DNA from: a virus
Taxonomy: Duplodnaviria; Caudoviricetes
Strand: one strand, 5' to 3'
DNA length: 29,678 nucleotides
IMG/VR virus record: IMGVR_UViG_3300021962_000456
Span: 1 to 29,678 of that record
The notes beneath the pieces are model-generated. The model ran no database searches and was not told the DNA's origin. It worked only from the letters and a program-made list of their open reading frames with translations. Each line of letters begins with the position of its first letter. Position 1 is the stretch's first letter. A program made the translations under genes and the position numbers. Positions 15,757 to 23,993 of the stretch are shown here, in pieces.

Positions 15757-17539
15757 CAACGTACACGTACTAAACCTATCTGCATATACTACTCCCGTTA
15801 TTCAAGAGAGTAAGCGTGAAGCGTGGGTAGATTACGGTGAGGATAATGACTATTATTCTTTCCTATTGGATAGATACACAAATTCTACAACCAACTCGGC
15901 AATCATTAACAACATCGCTCGTCTTATCTATGGGCGTGGCTTATCAGCAGTAGATGCTTCTCGTAAACCTAATGAGTACGCTGCTGCTATGGCAATGTTC
16001 TCTAAAGAGTGTTTGCGTAAGATTGCTCTCGATAGAAAGATGCTCGGTCAGTTTGCTATCCAAGTACACTACAATGACAAGCACGATAAAATACTAAAGG
16101 CTTACCACATTCCTGTAAATCTTTTAAGAGCTGAGAAGTGCAATAAAGATGGAGAAATCGAAGCCTACTACTACTCTGACGATTGGACTGATGTAAAAAA
16201 ATACGTTCCTCAACGCATTCCTGCTTTTGGATACTCAAAAGACAAGATTGAGATACTATTCTCTAAGCCTTACTCGGTAGGTATGAAGTATTATTCCTAC
16301 GTTGACTATCAGGGAGCAGTTCCTTACGCACTATTGGAGGAGGAGATAGCTGATTACTTAATCAACGAAGTTCAAAACGGATTCTCAGGTACTAAAGTGG
16401 TTAACTTCAACAACGGAGTGCCGTCTGAAGAGCAACAATCAATCATCACAAACAAGGTATTAGGTAAGTTAACTGGCAGTAAAGGTCAGAAAGTGATCGT
16501 AGCGTTCAATGACAATATGGACACGAAAACTACCGTTGACGATTTACCTTTAAACGATGCACCTGAACACTACACTTATTTAAGTGAGGAGTGTATGCGT
16601 AAGATTATGCTCGGCCATAACGTTACATCTCCGCTACTTTTTGGTATTGCAGGTGCTAACGGATTCAGTTCTAACGCTGATGAATTGCAAAACTCGTTTA
16701 TCTTGTTTAACAATATGGTAATTAAACCGCTTCAGGATGAAATACTTGAAGCCTTAGACGAGATTTTAGCATTTAACAACATATCCTTAAACTTATTTTT
16801 TAAGACTCTCAAACCGCTTGAATTTACGGATTTGGAGAACGCTCAAAACACGGAGCAAGTAGCTGAAGAAACAGGAACTGAACTAAGCAAACACGAACAC
16901 TTAGATAACGAGGTTGCACAATCACTTATAGACTTAGGAGAAGAGCCTAACGAAAATTGGCTTCTAATAGACGAATTTCCTGTTGACTATGATAATGACG
17001 ATGCAGAGAACGAACTACTCTCTAAAGAACCTAAAAAGAGCTTATTTTCGAAGTTAGTTGAGTTAGTAAGTACAGGTACTGCCGTTCCTAATGCAAAATC
17101 AGGACAAGATGAAGTAATAGACGGATTCAACTTCATCACTCGTTACAAATATGTTGGAGCAGTAGAATCTAAGACTCGTCAGTTTTGTAGAAAAATGATT
17201 GAGTCAGACAAAATTTATCGCAAGGAAGATATCATTCGTATGGGTGGTCAAGCAGTTAACTCAGGATGGGGGCCTAAAGGTGCTGATACTTATTCGATTT
17301 GGCTTTACAAAGGTGGAGGTAATTGTCACCACCGTTGGAATAAGCAAGTATATGTAAACTTTGAGGGTAGAGGTATTGACGTAAACTCTCCAAAGGCTAA
17401 ACAAATTGCACAAGCGAAAGCAGCTAAATACGGATATGTTGTAAAGAACGAGGATTTAGTTTCGCAACGTCCTGTTGATATGCCTAATTACGGATTCTTA
17501 CCAAGCAATCCACAACCTAAACGAGAAATTACAAGATAA
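15749..17539 (+). CDS. Portal protein with a C-terminal MuF-like extension
   Basis: WVDYGEDN, STTNSAII, NGFS and HNVTSPLLFGI portal-type motifs; C-terminal RQFC...GGNCHHRW. Confidence 0.8.
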   Translation: MSNNVHVLNLSAYTTPVIQESKREAWVDYGEDNDYYSFLLDRYTNSTTNSAIINNIARLIYGRGLSAVDASRKPNEYAAAMAMFSKECLRKIALDRKMLGQFAIQVHYNDKHDKILKAYHIPVNLLRAEKCNKDGEIEAYYYSDDWTDVKKYVPQRIPAFGYSKDKIEILFSKPYSVGMKYYSYVDYQGAVPYALLEEEIADYLINEVQNGFSGTKVVNFNNGVPSEEQQSIITNKVLGKLTGSKGQKVIVAFNDNMDTKTTVDDLPLNDAPEHYTYLSEECMRKIMLGHNVTSPLLFGIAGANGFSSNADELQNSFILFNNMVIKPLQDEILEALDEILAFNNISLNLFFKTLKPLEFTDLENAQNTEQVAEETGTELSKHEHLDNEVAQSLIDLGEEPNENWLLIDEFPVDYDNDDAENELLSKEPKKSLFSKLVELVSTGTAVPNAKSGQDEVIDGFNFITRYKYVGAVESKTRQFCRKMIESDKIYRKEDIIRMGGQAVNSGWGPKGADTYSIWLYKGGGNCHHRWNKQVYVNFEGRGIDVNSPKAKQIAQAKAAKYGYVVKNEDLVSQRPVDMPNYGFLPSNPQPKREITR

Positions 17540-18039
17540 TGGCAACGGCACTACTTATAACAAGAGACGATTTAGTTAGGTTTACTGCCGTTAATGGTTC
17601 AGTAGATACGGACAAGTTCATTCAGTTTGTCAAAATCGCTCAAGACATACACATTCAAAACTACTTAGGTACGAAGTTACTGGCGAAGATTCAGGCAGAT
17701 ATCATTGCAGGTACTCTTTCGGGTAACTACGAGACTTTGACTAATAACTATATTAAGCCGATGTTGATACATTGGGCAATGGTTGAGTATTTACCTTTCG
17801 CTGCTTACACGATCGCTAACAAGGGAGTCTATAAGCATTCGTCTGAGAATAGCGAGAACGTAGAAAAAAACGAAGTAGACTTCTTAATTGAAAAAGAACG
17901 TCAAATTGCACAACACTACACCGAGCGTTTTATCGACTATATATCATTTCGAAACGATTTGTTTCCTGAGTACAACTTAAACTCTAACGGAGATATGTAT
18001 CCTGATACAACGAATAATAACATAGGATGGTATATATGA
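17539..18039 (+). CDS. Putative head-tail adaptor
   Basis: 166 aa, helical (AQDIHIQNYLGT); follows the portal gene. Confidence 0.6.
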   Translation: MATALLITRDDLVRFTAVNGSVDTDKFIQFVKIAQDIHIQNYLGTKLLAKIQADIIAGTLSGNYETLTNNYIKPMLIHWAMVEYLPFAAYTIANKGVYKHSSENSENVEKNEVDFLIEKERQIAQHYTERFIDYISFRNDLFPEYNLNSNGDMYPDTTNNNIGWYI

Positions 18040-18134
18040 GAACACGGACTAAGGTAGGAACTTATAAACCAAAAGAAGAGAACATTGAGAAACTTCGTGT
18101 TTTTCTAACTAAACTAAACAAAAATGGCAAATAA
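18036..18134 (+). CDS. Very small basic protein (32 aa, MRTRTKVGTYKPKEENIEKLRVFL...)
   Basis: Manually translated; overlaps both neighbours. Confidence 0.5.
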   Translation: MRTRTKVGTYKPKEENIEKLRVFLTKLNKNGK

Positions 18135-18348
18135 CATAGGATGGGGAGAAGGCGTTTTAAACGTCATTAGTTGGGGTGCTGACGGACAAATAAACGGACA
18201 AGAAGTAACTAACTTACTGGCAGAAAACAATGCTTTTTTATCTACTGAGGGTAATGACCTTTTAGTAAAAGAGGCTACGTTCAATGCAGGTGGCTTTGGT
18301 TCATCTTATGACCATTCTTGGGGAGGCGAAACTTTATTAGAACGATAA
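18124..18348 (+). CDS. Small Gly/Trp-rich putative structural protein
   Basis: IGWG, ISWG and SWGGET repeats. Confidence 0.55.
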   Translation: MANNIGWGEGVLNVISWGADGQINGQEVTNLLAENNAFLSTEGNDLLVKEATFNAGGFGSSYDHSWGGETLLER

Positions 18349-18359
18349 AATAAATTAAA

Positions 18360-19244
18360 ATGGCAGAAATAAAAATTTCAGAGCTAACATCAGGCTCGGC
18401 ATTAGACGGAACGGAAGTAGTTCCGATAGTTCAAAGTGGTGCAACAGTAAAAGTAACAACTCAAGACATCGCTGATTTAGGTGGTGGTTTAACCATAGGC
18501 TCTACACCGATAGCTTCGGGTACGGTTGGACGTGTATTGTTTGAAGGAACGGGGAATGTGTTGCAGCAGAGTTCGTCTTTGTTTTGGGAAAATACAACGG
18601 GTAGACTTGAGTTAACTACTTCAGCAGACAATCAAGTAGGATTACTATTAAAAAGCACAACGGGTATTCTAAAAGTTAGAACATATTTAAATGGTACTTA
18701 TGGAACATTAATTCAAGCAAGAGATTTAGCAGATAGTGCTTACAATCCTATGAGTTTAAGTGGTAGCAAATTAATGCTATTGGATGGTAATGTTTTGATT
18801 AATACTGTATCTGACGCAGGATATAAACTTGACGTGAATGGTACTGCGAGGGTGACGAACTTAACCGTTAATAACAGTATTTTAGGGCAAGGCTCAACGC
18901 AATCTTTAGTGTTTAATAATGGTACAGGAATTACTACTTTATCTGACAACGTAGGCATACAATTAAATTTAAACAATAATCAAACTTTTTTCTCTTTTCG
19001 TAGTTCTTCTTCTGGTGGTTCAAATAGGTATTTAATGATCACAAATACTCAAGGCTCTTTGCCTACACATCCTAACGCTTGTGCGGTGTTGCAATTATAT
19101 TCAACTAATACAGGCTTCCTTCCACCACGAATGACAACAACACAAAAGAATGCTATTAGCACACCAGCAAATGGGTTGCAAGTATTTGACACAACACTCA
19201 ACCAAATGAGTTACTATAACGGAACAACTTGGATAAACTTATAA
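18360..19244 (+). CDS. Tail fibre/receptor-binding-like protein
   Basis: KISEL...VPIVQSGAT N-terminus; YKLDVNGTAR beta repeat; FLPPRMTTTQKNAI..PANGLQVFDT C-terminus. Confidence 0.65.
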   Translation: MAEIKISELTSGSALDGTEVVPIVQSGATVKVTTQDIADLGGGLTIGSTPIASGTVGRVLFEGTGNVLQQSSSLFWENTTGRLELTTSADNQVGLLLKSTTGILKVRTYLNGTYGTLIQARDLADSAYNPMSLSGSKLMLLDGNVLINTVSDAGYKLDVNGTARVTNLTVNNSILGQGSTQSLVFNNGTGITTLSDNVGIQLNLNNNQTFFSFRSSSSGGSNRYLMITNTQGSLPTHPNACAVLQLYSTNTGFLPPRMTTTQKNAISTPANGLQVFDTTLNQMSYYNGTTWINL

Positions 19245-19255
19245 ATAAATAATAT

Positions 19256-19528
19256 ATGACAACAACACCAACAAACGGAATAGCTATCGAACCAGTAGTA
19301 TTTCCACTTAATCAAGGTACTGCAACAAGAATGACTGTACTTGTTTTAAACTTCGAAACCACCGCAACAACTTGCACTACTTATTGGCAGTTGCTAACCG
19401 AAGACGGACAACAACTTTCACAAGGCAACTACACCTTAACCGAAGAGCAGTTTGCAACTTGGGGACAAGACAACAACGTAGTGAATGAGTATGTAGCTGA
19501 TGCTATCGGGGTTACGATTATTTCGTAA
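19256..19528 (+). CDS. Putative fibre-associated protein
   Basis: 90 aa; directly after the fibre gene. Confidence 0.55.
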   Translation: MTTTPTNGIAIEPVVFPLNQGTATRMTVLVLNFETTATTCTTYWQLLTEDGQQLSQGNYTLTEEQFATWGQDNNVVNEYVADAIGVTIIS

Positions 19529-19547
19529 CTTAGCGAAAAAAACTATT

Positions 19548-19712
19548 ATGATAACACTAACCCAAAACAACGTAAAAGAACTCGAAGCATTTATTGTAAA
19601 GTTGCCGTATGAATACGCAGCTCCATTGCTTCAGTACTTGAGCAAAATAGCTGAGGAGCAGAAACCAAAAGAAGATGGCACAAACACTGATAGCATCACC
19701 ACAGAGCTTTAG
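19548..19712 (+). CDS. Small hypothetical protein (MITLTQNNVKELEAFIVKLPY...)
   Basis: ATG at 19548 with A-rich leader preferred over 19500. Confidence 0.6.
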   Translation: MITLTQNNVKELEAFIVKLPYEYAAPLLQYLSKIAEEQKPKEDGTNTDSITTEL

Positions 19713-19734
19713 TTGCTACTGCAAATTGTAAAAA

Positions 19735-19893
19735 ATGAAGCATAAGGATGTAATCGGCTCAATGTATTTCGTGTTAGGCTACGCTGCTTGTATTGCAGTA
19801 ATGTTCGAAGGCGAATACTTATATCAAAAATTCTTTGCTTTAGCATATGGATCTTATCTAACTTGGCACATCGTAAATCAATATGAAAACTAA
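19735..19893 (+). CDS. Small membrane protein (52 aa, MKHKDVIGSMYFVLGYAACIAVMF...), possibly lysis-related
   Basis: Manually translated; two hydrophobic segments; overlaps the holin start. Confidence 0.6.
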   Translation: MKHKDVIGSMYFVLGYAACIAVMFEGEYLYQKFFALAYGSYLTWHIVNQYEN

Positions 19894-20305
19894 CTCTCTC
19901 TTGCTTCTTTCTTTGGTATCCGTCTTAGCACCTGTTAAACCTATGGTGCTGATGGCAGTATTTACAATTATTCTCGATATGGCTTTCGGCATTTGGCGAA
20001 GCGTAAAGAAAAACGGATGGATATCTATTCGTTCTCGTAGGCTTTCTAATACCATTTCTAAGAGCTTACTTTACTCAGGTGCTATCGTGTTTATCTTCCT
20101 TCTTGAAAAGTACGTCTTATCAGATTTATTGAGTTACTTCATTGCAGTTGACTTGGTATTGACAAAAGGCTTTACTGCGTTTTGCGTTTTCACGGAAGTT
20201 AAATCAATCAACGAGAGCTACTATTCCGTTACTGGTGTCAATGTATGGAGTAAGTTTATCGCATTTGTAAAACGAGGTAAAGAACAATTAGAAGAGTTAA
20301 AATGA
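19883..20305 (+). CDS. Holin
   Basis: Several TM segments; DMAFGIW and EVKSINE motifs; precedes the endolysin. Confidence 0.8.
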   Translation: MKTNSLLLLSLVSVLAPVKPMVLMAVFTIILDMAFGIWRSVKKNGWISIRSRRLSNTISKSLLYSGAIVFIFLLEKYVLSDLLSYFIAVDLVLTKGFTAFCVFTEVKSINESYYSVTGVNVWSKFIAFVKRGKEQLEELK

Positions 20306-20949
20306 AATTAGACATCTCAAAAATCAAACAAGCAAGACTCAAGGATTCTCAGTTCTTTCAAGAGAACACTCCTAAGTCTCAAATCTATCTGCACCATACG
20401 GCAGGGAGTGGTAATGCTGAGGCAGTTAGTCGCTATTGGAATGGCACTAACGAAAGGATAGCTACGGCATTTATCATCGGTCAGGATGGTTTGATCGTGC
20501 AATGCTTTAGTTCTAAGCAATGGGCGTGGCATTTGGGCGTTGGAGAGAAGGAGTTTAAAGCTCAGGGAGTAAAGTACCAAAACCTAAACAAACTTTCAGT
20601 TGGAATCGAAGTATGTAATTGGGGATATCTCAAAGAACAAAACGGAAAATTTTACAACTATGTAGGTAGCCGAGTTCCTGACTCAATGGTCACTACTTTA
20701 GATGAGCCATACAAAGGATACAAACATTGGTACAAATACACGGATGCTCAGATTGAAAGCCTCCGCCAGTTAATAGTATACCTTTGCGAGACTTACAACA
20801 TATCTAAAGAGTACCGTGAGGAGATTTGGGGACTTGACAAAGAAGCGTTCAAAGGTACTAACGGAATCTACACCCACAACTCAGTCCGTAAAGACAAGTC
20901 AGATATGTATCCTTGTCCGAGAGTTATCGAAATGCTAAAGAATCTATGA
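20302..20949 (+). CDS. Endolysin, N-acetylmuramoyl-L-alanine amidase (Amidase_2-like)
   Basis: IYLHHTAG, WAWHLG, SVGIEV and THNSVRKDKSD motifs. Confidence 0.88.
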   Translation: MKLDISKIKQARLKDSQFFQENTPKSQIYLHHTAGSGNAEAVSRYWNGTNERIATAFIIGQDGLIVQCFSSKQWAWHLGVGEKEFKAQGVKYQNLNKLSVGIEVCNWGYLKEQNGKFYNYVGSRVPDSMVTTLDEPYKGYKHWYKYTDAQIESLRQLIVYLCETYNISKEYREEIWGLDKEAFKGTNGIYTHNSVRKDKSDMYPCPRVIEMLKNL

Positions 20950-21377
20950 GAAAACTCATTCTTATTTTGTCACTAATATTGGCAATAATTGCGACAGGAT
21001 GTTCAGCTAACTACCATCTCAGGAAGGCAATCAAAAAGGGTTACTCTTGTGACACGATAGCAGACACAATTACCATTTCAACGATAGACTCAATTCCGTA
21101 CGTTTTAAGAGACTCTATTGCGTGGGAGAAGGTAATAGTCCAAAAAGATACAATCGTTCGTTACAAGCGTTCTTTTGTGCCTAAAACACGATATGAAACG
21201 AAAATAGAGTATAGACTAAAACGAGATACAATAAAATTGCTCCAAAAAGTGGAGGTTGTTAAGTACAAAACCGAGAAGCAAAAAAACAAGAAACCTAATC
21301 TTTGGTTATTTATTATAGGCTTCGTCGCAGGATTTGTTGCAAAGTGGCTTATGAAGTACGCTAAAACACCACTATGA
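20946..21377 (+). CDS. Putative spanin (lipoprotein signal plus C-terminal TM)
   Basis: MRKLILILSLILAIIATGC lipobox; C-terminal LWLFIIGFVAGFVA. Confidence 0.65.
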   Translation: MRKLILILSLILAIIATGCSANYHLRKAIKKGYSCDTIADTITISTIDSIPYVLRDSIAWEKVIVQKDTIVRYKRSFVPKTRYETKIEYRLKRDTIKLLQKVEVVKYKTEKQKNKKPNLWLFIIGFVAGFVAKWLMKYAKTPL

Positions 21378-22408
21378 AGAAATTTAGACCACGAATTACA
21401 CGTGAAGAATTTGAGATAGTTTCTCAATACCGTGCAATTCAAAGAGAGTCCAACGAAATGGGCTTGAATGATGCTGACGTAAAACACGGATGGCTAAAAT
21501 CAAAGAACGCATCTTTATTCTTTAAGAATCCAAACTTTAAGGAACAGGAAGAGCAGAATTACGAGCTGATTCGTGAGTCTATACTGGCAGAAATTCAAGA
21601 CTACTCTCCGAAGTATCCTACAATAACACGAAATCCATCAACTGACGGACACTTATTAGTAATAGATCCTGCTGACATCCACATAGGTAAGCTCTGCGAT
21701 GCTTTCGAAGTAGGAGAGGTATATAACAACCAAATAGCAGTACAACGTGTTTTAGAAGGCGTACAAGGCATTTTAGATAAAGCGAGTGGATTTCACATCG
21801 ACAAGATTCTATTCATAGGAGGTAACGACATCTTACACATCGATACTCCAAGACGGACTACTACTTCAGGAACTCCTCAAGATACTGACGGAATGTGGTA
21901 CTCTAATTTTCTAATAGCTAAAAAACTTTATGTCGAAATTCTTGAAAAACTTATTGGGGTGGCTGATGTTCATTTCACTTTCAATCCCAGCAATCACGAT
22001 TATACGCACGGCTTTTTTCTTGCTGATGTTATTCAGACTTGGTTTAAGGATTGCAAGAACATTACTTTTGACTGCTCTATTGCACATCGCAAAGGTTTCA
22101 AGTATGGAAAGAACCTTATCGGCACGACTCACGGAGATGGAGCGAAACACCAAGACTTACCTTTACTGATGGCTACGGAGTTTCCGTTGGAATGGTCAGA
22201 TACTAAACACCGCTACGTTTACACGCATCACGTTCATCATAAGACTTCTAAAGATTACATCGGAGTCACGGTAGAATCTTTGAGATCACCTTCAGGAACG
22301 GACTCTTGGCATCACCGCAATGGCTACGCTCACGTTCCTAAAGCAGTTGAAGGCTTCATCCACCACAAAGAATTTGGTCAAGTTGCAAGGTTAACTCATT
22401 TATTTTAG
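21374..22408 (+). CDS. Calcineurin-like metallophosphoesterase
   Basis: DIHIG, GGNDILH, SNHD, HGD and HHVHH metal-binding motifs. Confidence 0.82.
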   Translation: MKKFRPRITREEFEIVSQYRAIQRESNEMGLNDADVKHGWLKSKNASLFFKNPNFKEQEEQNYELIRESILAEIQDYSPKYPTITRNPSTDGHLLVIDPADIHIGKLCDAFEVGEVYNNQIAVQRVLEGVQGILDKASGFHIDKILFIGGNDILHIDTPRRTTTSGTPQDTDGMWYSNFLIAKKLYVEILEKLIGVADVHFTFNPSNHDYTHGFFLADVIQTWFKDCKNITFDCSIAHRKGFKYGKNLIGTTHGDGAKHQDLPLLMATEFPLEWSDTKHRYVYTHHVHHKTSKDYIGVTVESLRSPSGTDSWHHRNGYAHVPKAVEGFIHHKEFGQVARLTHLF

Positions 22409-22443
22409 TATATTTGTACACCTAACCATTCTACTCATAGCGT

Positions 22444-22472
22444 AAGAGCCTCCTTAATCGGGGGCTTTTTTT
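22444..22472 (+). terminator. Rho-independent terminator ending the late region
   Basis: AAGAGCCTCC-ttaatc-GGGGGCTTTT plus T tract. Confidence 0.85.
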
Positions 22473-22512
22473 GTATCTGAAAAAAAAATTTTGTCCAAAA
22501 TGAAACTTTTTG

Positions 22513-22542
22513 TTGATAATTACGAATAAGTATTTATATTTG
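22513..22542 (+). promoter_or_regulatory. Bacteroidota housekeeping-sigma (early) promoter
   Basis: TTG (22513-15), 19-nt spacer, TATATTTG (22535-42). Confidence 0.8.
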
Positions 22543-22564
22543 CCTATAAATTAATTTAATCGCT

Positions 22565-22741
22565 ATGAGAAAACAAGACAAAATTATTCAAATGCTAAAA
22601 GACGAAGAATCTAAACTTTGGGTAGCATTAAAGAACTCTGAATTAGTATTCGGAAGAGAACACGAAGCTACTAAGATGGCTCGTGCAAGATGGTCAACTA
22701 CATTAGAAATCTTAAAAAAAATCGAAAATGAAAATGCTTAA
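22565..22741 (+). CDS. Early small protein (58 aa, MRKQDKIIQMLKDEESKLW...)
   Basis: Manually translated; first ORF after the promoter. Confidence 0.75.
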   Translation: MRKQDKIIQMLKDEESKLWVALKNSELVFGREHEATKMARARWSTTLEILKKIENENA

Positions 22742-22964
22742 CACATACAAACAACTAAACGCTGACGAAAAACAAATAATAGGTGGCGTTATTGCTTTCG
22801 GACTTTTATTTATTTGCTTACTTTGGTTGGTGTCTACTACTACACCGCCAGTATTGGATATGCCAAAAGAGGACTTGCAAACAAAATCAACCTATAAGAA
22901 GTCTTACGAGCTTCCTGAATTTTATAACGAATACGCTCAACATTGCTACAATTATGGAAAATAG
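22728..22964 (+). CDS. Small single-TM early protein
   Basis: Hydrophobic IIGGVIAFGLLFICLLWLV. Confidence 0.7.
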   Translation: MKMLNTYKQLNADEKQIIGGVIAFGLLFICLLWLVSTTTPPVLDMPKEDLQTKSTYKKSYELPEFYNEYAQHCYNYGK

Positions 22965-23256
22965 ATATTACTTTGAAGATATTTCGCAGAGCATAGGCTC
23001 ACGATTAATAGAGGTGGACTGCTACGACCTCGAAACGGATGAAATGGTAGCTACAATCGAACTAAAATACGAATATGATGAAGAATCAGAAGAATGGCAA
23101 GTGGAGTCAAGCGAATTCCATACCAACGCAACTATCAAAGAAATTACCGAACTGCAAAACGAACTACTCCGAAGAGCTAACGATCTCTTCCACGAGTTCT
23201 GCTACGAATGCACAATGTACGATGCTTGGGATGACGAGGATAATTGGTTTATATAA
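22954..23256 (+). CDS. Highly acidic early protein (100 aa)
   Basis: ATG at 22954 preferred over 22783; about 29 D/E versus 6 K/R. Confidence 0.75.
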   Translation: MENRYYFEDISQSIGSRLIEVDCYDLETDEMVATIELKYEYDEESEEWQVESSEFHTNATIKEITELQNELLRRANDLFHEFCYECTMYDAWDDEDNWFI

Positions 23257-23341
23257 CCGCCAACGAATGGAGCATTTTTGGACTAATTTTAATTATGATT
23301 TATATAACCGCATTTGCGAAATAAAATACTCTAAGCTATGA
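23222..23341 (+). CDS. Possible tiny protein (...MEHFWTNFNYDLYNRICEIKYSKL), start uncertain
   Basis: Fills the gap; stop overlaps the next ATG. Confidence 0.45.
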   Translation: MLGMTRIIGLYNRQRMEHFWTNFNYDLYNRICEIKYSKL

Positions 23342-23484
23342 GATTTAAACTAACATACCAAGTAGGACTGGCAGTAGTCCAAGAGTGGATATTCACTTCA
23401 AAGAGTCTATGCTATTGGAAAAAGATGGACTTAATAGAAACAGGTAGATACAACGACGGAAAATTTAAGATAACACCGCAATGA
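23338..23484 (+). CDS. Small hypothetical protein (48 aa, MRFKLTYQVGLAVVQEWIF...)
   Basis: Manually translated; ATGA overlaps at both ends. Confidence 0.7.
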   Translation: MRFKLTYQVGLAVVQEWIFTSKSLCYWKKMDLIETGRYNDGKFKITPQ

Positions 23485-23885
23485 AAGACGAACTATACAA
23501 ACACATTAAGAAGGTAATTAAGAGAGACGGATTAGATACTGATAGCAGAGAGCAGCAGCACCATTACCGCAGAATCTTTTTGTATGCCTTACTACGAAAA
23601 TACGGATACTCCTTGACAAATTCAGGTCAGCTATTTAACAGGCATCACGCTACAATAATAAACGGACTAAAAGTCTACGATGCAATCAGGAAAGATCACG
23701 TCTTTTTAGAGTACGTTGAAAGCTACCGAGTAGAATTTGAGCCATACCTACACTATACGTTAAAACCTGATGAGCATAATCTTGCAGCTCAGGTGATGAA
23801 ATGTGAAGATTTCTGGCAGATGGTAAATCTACAAGAGAAAATTAAAGCAGGATTTTTCAACAAACAAAACAAAATTAAAGTATAA
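23481..23885 (+). CDS. DnaA C-terminal-like HTH DNA-binding protein
   Basis: SLTNSGQLFNRHHATIING resembles the DnaA domain IV SLxxIGxxFxRDHTTVxH motif. Confidence 0.7.
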   Translation: MKDELYKHIKKVIKRDGLDTDSREQQHHYRRIFLYALLRKYGYSLTNSGQLFNRHHATIINGLKVYDAIRKDHVFLEYVESYRVEFEPYLHYTLKPDEHNLAAQVMKCEDFWQMVNLQEKIKAGFFNKQNKIKV

Positions 23886-23889
23886 TAGT

Positions 23890-23993
23890 TATATTTGTAT
23901 ACGAGGTGTGCAGACCTTAAGTAAAACATTCAAGCCACATTGGGGAGTAGTGCTGCACCACGAAACCCGACGTGGCTTTTTTAGTGCAGTAAA
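23890..23993 (+). promoter_or_regulatory. Promoter -7 element plus structured 5' leader/attenuator of the replication initiator
   Basis: TATATTTG at 23890-97; two hairpins with complementary loops; AAGCCAC/GTGGCTT stem plus T tract. Confidence 0.7.

Noticed and set aside
18360-19244. Diversity-generating retroelement acting on the tail fibre
   Set aside because: No reverse transcriptase and no template/variable repeat pair seen.
23898-23993. tRNA or known riboswitch in the structured leader
   Set aside because: No cloverleaf or T-loop consensus, and no aptamer I recognise.
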